Assembly: GCA_964624555.1 (NCBI GenBank)
Contig: CAZUXB010000004.1
Coordinates: 5,825-69,824, forward strand
Direction: 5' to 3'
Length of the DNA stretch: 64,000 nt
DNA from: an uncultured Rickettsiales bacterium
GTDB taxonomy: Bacteria; Pseudomonadota; Alphaproteobacteria; Rickettsiales; SXRF01
Within the stretch, counting starts at the first letter, position 1. Each line of letters starts with the position of its first letter. The position numbers were made by a program, and so were the translations under genes. This document shows, one piece after another, positions 39,260-46,656 of the stretch. The notes under the pieces are model-generated. The model was given only the letters and a program-made list of their open reading frames with translations. It was not told the origin of the DNA and ran no database searches.

Positions 39260-39333
39260 AGTTACGAGTTACCGGTTGCCAGTTACCAGAAAATTATTTA
39301 ACACTGGTATCTCGTAACTGGTAACAGGTAACT
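39260..39333. repeat. Tandem-heptamer hairpin (AGTTACn family), homologous to 23972-24038
   Basis: agttacg agttacc ggttgcc agttacc ag, 14-nt loop, then ctggtatctcgtaactggtaacaggtaact. 24/30 complementary. Ends 6 nt before the next ATG. Confidence 0.8.
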
Positions 39334-39339
39334 AAAATC

Positions 39340-39948
39340 ATGAGCAATCCCAAATTACTCAAAGCCCGCATTAACCACAGCCGCATATTTGCGGTTGCGC
39401 TGGTGCTGGTGCTGCTCGTCAGTCAACCAATATATGCTGTAAACCATTTTCCGCGCGAATGTATGCTGTGGGTCGGTTATGCCATGGTGATATTCGGCGC
39501 CTTTGGCCGCGTTTATTGCTCGGCCTTCATCGGCGGGCGCAAGAATGACGAGGTAATACGCTCCGGCCCGTTCTCGGTGGTGCGCAACCCGCTTTATGTG
39601 TTCTCGTTCATCGCTATGGTCGGCATCGGTTTGCAGTCAGGCATGTTGCTGGTGACCGCGATACTCATCGGCGCATTCGTGTTTTATTATCCTATGGTGG
39701 TGGCCAAGGAAGAAGCATTTCTCGAAAATAAATTCGGCGAGCCTTATACAAAATATAAAGCCGAAGTGCCGCGCTGGATACCTAATTTAAAACTGTGGAA
39801 TGAACCGGAACAGGTGGATGCCAAGCCCAAATTCCTGCGCAAAACCGCGCTCGATGCCGCGATATTCTTCCTGCCGATGCCTTGTTTTACTATTATCAAC
39901 TCCTTGCAGATACACCACATATTGCCAATATGGTTGACACTGCCATAG
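39340..39948 (+). CDS. Isoprenylcysteine carboxyl methyltransferase / phospholipid methyltransferase-family membrane protein
   Basis: RSGPFSVVRNPLYVFSFIAMVG and several transmembrane segments. Confidence 0.75.
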   Translation: MSNPKLLKARINHSRIFAVALVLVLLVSQPIYAVNHFPRECMLWVGYAMVIFGAFGRVYCSAFIGGRKNDEVIRSGPFSVVRNPLYVFSFIAMVGIGLQSGMLLVTAILIGAFVFYYPMVVAKEEAFLENKFGEPYTKYKAEVPRWIPNLKLWNEPEQVDAKPKFLRKTALDAAIFFLPMPCFTIINSLQIHHILPIWLTLP

Positions 39949-40020
39949 GTTAACTCCATTTAATATTTTGTCTTTAAACGGCGGGGATATTTGCTATAAT
40001 AGGAAAAAATCAGGGCCGGA

Positions 40021-40410
40021 ATGATGGAAGAAAACAAACCTGAAAATAATGACGAAAAGCATAAGAAGCATCACTTCTGGCAAAGGCGTCATGAAAAAGA
40101 AAAGGAAATCGCCAACCACCGTGGTCAGGCCGCTGCTTATGCTACCGTTGGTACTATTGGTACGCTTGGTTGGGGAACTGCTGAGGCAATGGGAAGTGGC
40201 TTGGCATCAGAACTTGCAGAAGTTGCGTTGTTTGAGGCGTCCGATAAAATAAGCAAAAAAGCATGGAAAAGAATCGGTGCTGTTGTGGGTGGGGTGGCGG
40301 TAGGCGCATTTGTATATGCCGGGATAAAACATTTCCGCGCTGAAAAATTACAGGCTGAATTGAATGAAAAAGACTCTTCTCCCTCTCCCCTTGGGAGAGG
40401 GCTGGGGTGA
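40021..40410 (+). CDS. Hypothetical protein (129 aa); C-terminal 11 residues and stop are supplied by a repeat element
   Basis: Gly-rich hydrophobic core AAAYATVGTIGTLGWGTAEAMGSGLA. The tail SSPSPLGRGLG* lies within element 40376-40468. Confidence 0.5.
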   Translation: MMEENKPENNDEKHKKHHFWQRRHEKEKEIANHRGQAAAYATVGTIGTLGWGTAEAMGSGLASELAEVALFEASDKISKKAWKRIGAVVGGVAVGAFVYAGIKHFRAEKLQAELNEKDSSPSPLGRGLG

Positions 40411-40468
40411 GGGCTAAGTAACCACGATAGACAGCCCTCATCCTAACCTTCTCCCAGAGGGAGAAGGA
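40376..40468. repeat. Three-stem ~95-nt palindromic element, reference copy
   Basis: Stem a ccctctccc-ctt-gggagaggg (9 bp). Long-range stem ggggtgagggct...agccctcatcct. Stem b ccttctccc-aga-gggagaagg (9 bp). Confidence 0.85.
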
Positions 40469-40522
40469 ACTATCCTAAAGCAATTTCCTTGTAAAAATAT
40501 AGCTAACTGCTAAACCAGTTGG

Positions 40523-42724
40523 ATGAACTCATCCTTGGAAATTACTACAACACAATCTTCTGAAAATTCCCTCACTGCGGCGCTGAATCCGCAGCAACGT
40601 GCGGCAGTGGAGGCAACGCAGGGCGCGGTGCTGGTGCTGGCCGGTGCGGGCACTGGCAAAACCCGCGTACTCACCACGCGCATCGCCTATATCCTCACCA
40701 ACCGCCTCGCATATCCCGGTGAAATTCTCGCGGTGACTTTCACCAACAAAGCCGCGCGCGAAATGGCTGAGCGCGTGAATGCCATGACCGGCAGCGCACA
40801 GGCATTATGGCAGGGAACGTTCCACTCGATAGGCGCCAAAATCATCCGCCGCCACGCCGAGAAGCTGGGGCTTACCTCGAGCTTCACCATACTGGATTCT
40901 GATGACCAGTTGCGCCTGCTCAAAACCATTCTCGCCGAACAGAACATTGATGATAAGTCGCTGCCGCCGAAATTATTTTCAGCGATAATCCAATCATGGA
41001 AAGACCAGGGGCTAACGCCGGATAAGGTGACCAATGTCAGTGATTCGCAGGCCGCTGGTGGCCACGCGCTTAAAGTATATAAACTATATCAGGACCGGTT
41101 GCGTAGCCTGAACGCGACCGATTTCGGCGATTTGATATTGCATATGCTGACTTTGTTCACCAATTTCCCGGAAGTGCTGCGCGAATATTCCAGCCGCTTT
41201 AAATATATCCTCGTCGATGAGTATCAGGATACCAACGTGGCGCAGTATCTGTGGCTGCGGCTGCTTGCGAGTTATCACAAGAATATCTGCTGCGTGGGCG
41301 ATGACGACCAATCCATCTATAGCTGGCGCGGCGCGGAGGTCGGCAACATCCTGCGTTTTGAAAAAGATTATCCCGATGCCACGGTCATTCGCCTTGAATG
41401 CAACTACCGCTCTACGCCGCATATACTGGCGGCGGCGAGCAAAGTTATCGCCAATAATAAAGGACGTCTTGGCAAAACGCTGTGGACGCCGGTGCAGGAT
41501 GGCGAAAAAATAAAACTAAAATCAGTGTGGGACGAGGGCGAGGAAGCACGCTTCGTCGGCGAAGAAGTGGAGGCACTGCAACGCGCGAAAATTTCGCTCA
41601 AGGATATGGCGATATTGGTGCGCGCCGGTTTCCAGACGCGGGCGTTTGAAGAACGGTTTTTGACACTGGGAATTCCGTATCGTGTTATCGGGGGGCTGCG
41701 CTTTTATGAGCGGCAGGAAATCCGCGATGCGGTGGCCTACTTGCGCATACTCGCTGTGCCGCAGGATGATCTGGCTTTCGAGCGCATCATCAACACGCCC
41801 AAACGCGGTATCGGGCAGGCGACCATGCAGCAACTGCACACCACCGCGCGGAGCCTGAATAGCTCGCTCTATAATGCCACCCACCATCTGCTTAAAACCG
41901 GGGTGATAAAAGGAAAACTCGGTGAGGCGCTGAATAAGTTTATAAATAACTGCGAAAGCTGGAAGGTGAAACTGGCAACGCTGCCGCTCGGCGAAGTGGT
42001 GGAGTTAGTGCTGGAAGAAAGCGGTTACCTGAATATGTGGAAGCAGGAAAAAACACCGGAAGCGGCGGGGCGTATTGAAAACTTAAAGGAATTATCACGC
42101 GCTATCGGCGAGTTTGAAAGCATCAATGCCTTTCTTGAGCATGTGAGCCTGGTGATGGAAGCGGCGGGTGCCGATAGTAATGTTGATATGGTAAGCCTGA
42201 TGACGCTACACGCTGCGAAAGGCCTGGAGTTCAATGTGGTATTCCTGCCCGGATGGGAGGAGGGGGTATTCCCCCATCAGCGCGCAATCGACGAATCCGG
42301 CGCCAAGGGGCTGGAGGAAGAACGCAGGCTGGCCTATGTGGGCATCACCCGCGCACGGAATAAATTATATATATCGCACGCAGCTAACCGCCGCATCTAT
42401 AACCAGTGGCAGAGCAGTATTCCTTCGCGCTTTATTGGTGAAATACCGCCGGACACGATGGAGCAGGTGGGTGGCGGCGCAGTGAATATGGCAAGCCGGA
42501 GCATGAAAAACTGGAGCAGCGAGGTGGCCGATATTTTGGCGTCCCATAAAGCTACCGTAACCCCAGAAGCCGAGGAAAAATTCAAAAAAGGCCAGCGCAT
42601 TTTCCACCAGAAGTTCGGTTACGGCTACATATTAACCATTAGCGGAAATACGCTAGAGATCAGCTTCGACAAGGCTGGAAAGAAAAAAGTATTGGCTGAG
42701 TTTGTTAGTGTCATGCCAGCATAG
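40523..42724 (+). CDS. uvrD: UvrD/Rep/PcrA-family ATP-dependent DNA helicase
   Basis: LNPQQRAAVE, AGAGTGKT, VDEYQDTN, YRS and VGITRA helicase motifs; 733 aa. The last 5 codons and stop fall in the MITE-like element. Confidence 0.92.
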   Translation: MNSSLEITTTQSSENSLTAALNPQQRAAVEATQGAVLVLAGAGTGKTRVLTTRIAYILTNRLAYPGEILAVTFTNKAAREMAERVNAMTGSAQALWQGTFHSIGAKIIRRHAEKLGLTSSFTILDSDDQLRLLKTILAEQNIDDKSLPPKLFSAIIQSWKDQGLTPDKVTNVSDSQAAGGHALKVYKLYQDRLRSLNATDFGDLILHMLTLFTNFPEVLREYSSRFKYILVDEYQDTNVAQYLWLRLLASYHKNICCVGDDDQSIYSWRGAEVGNILRFEKDYPDATVIRLECNYRSTPHILAAASKVIANNKGRLGKTLWTPVQDGEKIKLKSVWDEGEEARFVGEEVEALQRAKISLKDMAILVRAGFQTRAFEERFLTLGIPYRVIGGLRFYERQEIRDAVAYLRILAVPQDDLAFERIINTPKRGIGQATMQQLHTTARSLNSSLYNATHHLLKTGVIKGKLGEALNKFINNCESWKVKLATLPLGEVVELVLEESGYLNMWKQEKTPEAAGRIENLKELSRAIGEFESINAFLEHVSLVMEAAGADSNVDMVSLMTLHAAKGLEFNVVFLPGWEEGVFPHQRAIDESGAKGLEEERRLAYVGITRARNKLYISHAANRRIYNQWQSSIPSRFIGEIPPDTMEQVGGGAVNMASRSMKNWSSEVADILASHKATVTPEAEEKFKKGQRIFHQKFGYGYILTISGNTLEISFDKAGKKKVLAEFVSVMPA

Positions 42725-42778
42725 GCTGGCATCCAGTGGATAGAAGTTCTGGATACCAGCTTTCGCTGGTATGACAAG
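42709..42778. repeat. GTCAT-terminated MITE-like palindromic element (~70 bp)
   Basis: tgtcatgccagc-ata-gctggcat...ataccagc-tttc-gctggtatgacaag. Reverse-oriented relative of 52093-52163. Confidence 0.75.
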
Positions 42779-42785
42779 GAAGTAT

Positions 42786-42835
42786 AATTCCTATTGACAT
42801 ACTAGGAATTAAACTATATAAAATCACTATAGTTT
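42786..42835 (+). promoter_or_regulatory. Candidate promoter with two inverted repeats upstream of the Rrf2 regulator gene
   Basis: TTGACA (42794-42799), 17 nt, TATAAA (42817-42822). aattcct/aggaatt brackets the -35. aaactata-N9-tatagttt overlaps the -10. Confidence 0.45.
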
Positions 42836-42865
42836 AGTTTGATTTGGTTTTTTGGGGAATTTGCT

Positions 42866-43306
42866 ATGCTGTCGATGAAGTCAAAATACGCGATCCGGGC
42901 GCTGATGGTGCTGGCTGCCGCTGATGGTAAAATGCTCCAGAGCAAGGCCATTGCCAAGGCCGCCGATGCCCCGCTTAAATTCCTTGAGGCCATCCTCCTT
43001 GAACTGAAAAACCACGGAATTGTTGAAAGCAAGCGTGGAATTTTCGGTGGCTATTACTTAGAAGTACCGGCTAAAAAAATCATGATCGGTGATGTAATAC
43101 GCCTGATGGAAGGGATGCTTGCGCCCGTGCGTTGCGCCAGTATCAATAATTACCAGCGCTGTGAAGATTGTACGGACGAAGAAACCTGTACCATACGCCA
43201 TTTGATGATCGATGTCCGTAACGCTATTTCCGATGTGCTGGATAAGAAAAATCTGTCGGAACTGATATCAACCCAAAACAAGCTTGTTAACAAAAAACAT
43301 AAATAG
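42866..43306 (+). CDS. Rrf2-family transcriptional regulator (Cys-containing, IscR/NsrR-like)
   Basis: MLSMKSKYAIRALMVLA...PLKFLEAILLELKNHGIVESKRG..GGY and a C-x7-C-x2-C-x5-C cluster. I chose the ATG at 42866. Confidence 0.85.
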   Translation: MLSMKSKYAIRALMVLAAADGKMLQSKAIAKAADAPLKFLEAILLELKNHGIVESKRGIFGGYYLEVPAKKIMIGDVIRLMEGMLAPVRCASINNYQRCEDCTDEETCTIRHLMIDVRNAISDVLDKKNLSELISTQNKLVNKKHK

Positions 43307-43337
43307 GAGAGTGAATCATGCAAAAACATAAAAGCAC

Positions 43338-43423
43338 CGTCATTGCGAGCGCAGCGAAGCAATCCAGTAACGGCCTTGCAGTTAGACCTGGATTGCTTCG
43401 TCGCGTTGCTCCTCGCAATGACG
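43338..43423. repeat. MITE-like palindromic element with perfect 12-bp terminal inverted repeats
   Basis: cgtcattgcgag...ctcgcaatgacg, with internal gcgaagcaatccag / ctggattgcttcg arms. Lies upstream of the probable porin start. Confidence 0.8.
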
Positions 43424-43440
43424 TATTATATGGAACGCTT

Positions 43441-44847
43441 ATGGTTACCAGCGTTCTTACTTTGTTATTATCATCTCCCGCTTATGCTGACGCGGAAACT
43501 GACGCGCTACGCGCGCAGATAAAGGTGCTGGAAAAACGCCTCGATCAGTTGGAGAAAAAACAGAAAGTGGTCGCGGCCAAACCGGATATTGAAAAGCGCT
43601 TAAATATTGTCGAGCGCAAACAGGAAATAGCGCAGGATGATGCGAAGGCCAAAGCCGACAAAACTCCGGCTATCGAAGTTGGCCCGAAAGGTATTTCCAT
43701 CACCTCGCCGGATAAGCAATACAGTGTTCGTATGCGCGCCTATGCCCAGACGCAATACCGTAATTTCCTGAATAATAGTAACACTACCAGCACCAACCAG
43801 TTCCTGCTGCGTAGCGCGCGCCCGATACTGGAAGCAAAAATTACCGACTATTTTAATGCCCGTCTGATGCTTGATTTCGGTAACAACCAGACGCGCCTGC
43901 TTGATGCCTATGTCGATTTCAAACCAGTACCGGAATCAAAACTGCTGGTGCTGCGGGCAGGTAAATTCAAAGCACCTATCGGGCTGGAACGCTGGCAATC
44001 AGAGCAGGAGCTGATCTATGCCGAGCGCGGCCAGACCACCAACCTGGTGCCGTTCCGCGACCAGGGCGTGATGGCGCTTGGTGAAATAATACCTGACCAA
44101 CTTGAATACCAGCTATCCTACACCAACGGTGTAGTTGATCTTGGTGACAATAGCGCCGACTCTGACAACCACAAAGACGTAAGCGGGCGAATATTTGCCC
44201 ATCCGTTCCGCTGGTCCAACGTTGGATTTCTACAGGGATTGGGGCTGGGTGTGGGTGGAACTTACGGCGAACATACCGGCAATTCCACAGCAGGTTCGCA
44301 GGGGCTAACCGCCGGTTATGTGACAATAGGTCAATCACGTTATTTTACCTATAGCAGCTCAGCCTATGCCGATGGCACGCAATGGCGCTTCAACCCGCAG
44401 GCCTATTACTATAACGGGCCATTCAGCCTGCTTGGTGAGTATGTCCTTAACAGTCAGGAAGTGCGTAATGGAGCCAATAAAAAGACGCTGCGTAACGATG
44501 CCTGGAATGCCATCGCGACCTATGTCATCACTGGTGAAGATGCGAGTTTCGATGGGGTGAAACCGGCCAATAATTTTGATATCACCAAGGGCAACTGGGG
44601 TGCGTTCGAAGTGACCGGGCGTGTTGGTGTGCTTAATGTGGATAAGGATGCTTTCCCATTATTCTCAAGCCTCACTACTTCGGCAAAAAAGGCCAGCGAA
44701 GGAGCGGTGGGGCTTAACTGGTACCTGAATAATTCGGTGAAGCTCAACCTCGATTTTGCCACCACAAAATTCGACCGTGGTGCTGCGGGGACTGCCGACC
44801 GTTCAACCGAACGTGTGGTCATAACACAAGCACAATTTAGATTTTAA
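43441..44847 (+). CDS. Phosphate-selective porin O/P-family outer-membrane porin
   Basis: Signal peptide MVTSVLTLLLSSPAYA, coiled-coil segment, YFNARLMLDFG and C-terminal ...AQFRF. Start moved from 43318 because codons 1-41 are repeat-element sequence. Confidence 0.8.
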   Translation: MVTSVLTLLLSSPAYADAETDALRAQIKVLEKRLDQLEKKQKVVAAKPDIEKRLNIVERKQEIAQDDAKAKADKTPAIEVGPKGISITSPDKQYSVRMRAYAQTQYRNFLNNSNTTSTNQFLLRSARPILEAKITDYFNARLMLDFGNNQTRLLDAYVDFKPVPESKLLVLRAGKFKAPIGLERWQSEQELIYAERGQTTNLVPFRDQGVMALGEIIPDQLEYQLSYTNGVVDLGDNSADSDNHKDVSGRIFAHPFRWSNVGFLQGLGLGVGGTYGEHTGNSTAGSQGLTAGYVTIGQSRYFTYSSSAYADGTQWRFNPQAYYYNGPFSLLGEYVLNSQEVRNGANKKTLRNDAWNAIATYVITGEDASFDGVKPANNFDITKGNWGAFEVTGRVGVLNVDKDAFPLFSSLTTSAKKASEGAVGLNWYLNNSVKLNLDFATTKFDRGAAGTADRSTERVVITQAQFRF

Positions 44848-44854
44848 CAAGTGA

Positions 44855-44929
44855 GATGACTCGATTATTCGATGATTCAGAAAATAATTAGTCATCGAGT
44901 TATCTAGTTATCTAGTCATCTAGTCATCC
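44855..44929. repeat. Tandem-octamer hairpin (GATGAnTC / TAGTCATC), related to 13326-13408
   Basis: gatgactc gattattc gatgattc ... tagtcatc gagttatc tagttatc tagtcatc tagtcatcc. 18/24 complementary. Confidence 0.75.
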
Positions 44930-44945
44930 AAAAAGGAGAAAAACA

Positions 44946-45953
44946 ATGAAAATATCAAATATTATAACTATAGCTTTACTGGCGACAACGGTCGTTTTCT
45001 CACCGGCCCGCGCTGCCGATCCGATAGAGTTACTAAATGTCTCCTACGACCCAACACGCGAATTCTATGAAAAATATAACACGCTGTTTGCTGCCCACTG
45101 GAAAGAAAAATCGGGGCAGGATGTGAAGATAACCCAGTCGCATGGCGGTTCGGGCAAGCAGGCGCGCTCGGTGATCGACGGGCTTAAGGCTGATGTTGTT
45201 ACTCTGGCCCTGTCTTACGATATTGACGTTATCGCCGAGAAAGCGAAATTGCTGCCCGATGACTGGCAGTCAAAATACCCGCATAACAGCTCACCCTATA
45301 CTTCAACTATCGTGTTTCTGGTGCGCAAGGATAACCCCAAGCATATCAAGGACTGGAACGATCTGGTACGCGATGAGGTGCAGGTGATAACCCCCAACCC
45401 GAAAACCGGCGGCGGCGCACGTTGGAATTATCTGGCAGCGTGGGCCTATGCCAAGGATAAATTCGGTGGTGATGAAGCAAAAATAAAAGAATTCGTCGGC
45501 AAGATATATAAACATGTGCCGGTGCTTGATACGGCTGCACGGGGAGCAACCACCACCTTCGTGCAGCGTGGTATCGGCGATGTGCTGATAACCTGGGAGA
45601 ATGAAGCATTCCTTGCACAGAAGGAACTGGGCAAAGGCCAGTTTGAAATTGTCCTGCCCTCCATAAGTATACTTGCCGAACCGCCGGTGGCTGTGGTGGA
45701 GAAAAATGCAGTGCGCAAGGGAACATTGGATGCAGCGCAGGAATATCTCTCCTTCCTTTATAGTCCGCAGGCGCAGGAGCTGGCAGCAGAGAATTTCTAT
45801 CGCCCGATCGATGAAACCATAGCCGCCAAATACAAGGATAAATTCCCGGCGATAAAGATCGTAACCATCGCTGATTTCGGCGGCTGGAAGAAAGCCCAGA
45901 AAGAACATTTCGATGATGGCGGCGTCTTCGACCAGATATATGATAGTAAGTGA
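44946..45953 (+). CDS. sbp: Sulfate/thiosulfate ABC transporter periplasmic binding protein
   Basis: [47 protein letters not shown] and [11 protein letters not shown], near-collinear with E. coli Sbp as I recall it. Confidence 0.93.
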   Translation: MKISNIITIALLATTVVFSPARAADPIELLNVSYDPTREFYEKYNTLFAAHWKEKSGQDVKITQSHGGSGKQARSVIDGLKADVVTLALSYDIDVIAEKAKLLPDDWQSKYPHNSSPYTSTIVFLVRKDNPKHIKDWNDLVRDEVQVITPNPKTGGGARWNYLAAWAYAKDKFGGDEAKIKEFVGKIYKHVPVLDTAARGATTTFVQRGIGDVLITWENEAFLAQKELGKGQFEIVLPSISILAEPPVAVVEKNAVRKGTLDAAQEYLSFLYSPQAQELAAENFYRPIDETIAAKYKDKFPAIKIVTIADFGGWKKAQKEHFDDGGVFDQIYDSK

Positions 45954-45973
45954 TTACACTTTGACTTCAAAGG

Positions 45974-46507
45974 ATGATTCTGTTATTGCAAGGTGACAAA
46001 AAACAGGTGGTCACCTTGCAAAATATTTTACAGGATATTTCATATTATAAAATATTGGAAACCCCGGTCGGAAAGTTGCAGATAATCGCTTCCGGCAATG
46101 GTTTGCGCTATGTTCTGTCCAAAAATCATTTTTATAAAAAAAGTGAAGGGCTGGTAGAAAAATCAGACCATCCGGTTTTGCTGAAAACGGAAAAACAGAT
46201 ATCAGAATATTTTGCCGGAAAGCGTAAGGAGTTTGATATCAAGCTCGATATGCGCGGTACCGTATTCCAGATAAAAGCCTGGCGCGAACTGCAAAAAATA
46301 CCATATGGAAAAACTATTTCCTACGGTGAGCAGGCCGCACGTATCGGAGATGCTAAAAAAGCCCGGGCGGTTGGCGCAGCCAATGGGCGGAATCCATTAC
46401 TTATTATTGTACCCTGCCACCGTGTCATAGGTTCATCCGGTGCCCTGACCGGTTTTGCCAGCGGACTTGACATGAAGCAAAAACTGCTTGAACTGGAAAA
46501 ATCTTAA
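45974..46507 (+). CDS. ogt: Methylated-DNA--protein-cysteine methyltransferase
   Basis: IPYGKTISYGEQA...PCHRVIGSSG active site. The true start may be the in-frame GTG at 46007 or TTG at 46016, because of the hairpin. Confidence 0.88.
   Translation: MILLLQGDKKQVVTLQNILQDISYYKILETPVGKLQIIASGNGLRYVLSKNHFYKKSEGLVEKSDHPVLLKTEKQISEYFAGKRKEFDIKLDMRGTVFQIKAWRELQKIPYGKTISYGEQAARIGDAKKARAVGAANGRNPLLIIVPCHRVIGSSGALTGFASGLDMKQKLLELEKS
45986..46021 (+). terminator. Strong hairpin after sbp (probable intrinsic terminator), lying inside the annotated 5' end of ogt
   Basis: Perfect 12-bp stem ttgcaaggtgac-N12-gtcaccttgcaa followed by aatatttta. Confidence 0.5.
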
Positions 46508-46656
46508 AAAAGATTTAATTAATATGGTCGAATTGTCAATATTTAGTGGCTGAGCTTTTATTATATACAAAGCTTCAGCAATTGTGGCCTCATTATTAGT
46601 GAAAAATTATAGATTTTGTTATATATTACACTCATAAAATGATACTATGAGACCCT

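Noticed and set aside
43318-43440. N-terminal 41 codons of the track ORF for the porin
   Set aside because: They consist mainly of the MITE-like palindrome 43338-43423. A canonical signal peptide starts at the ATG at 43441.
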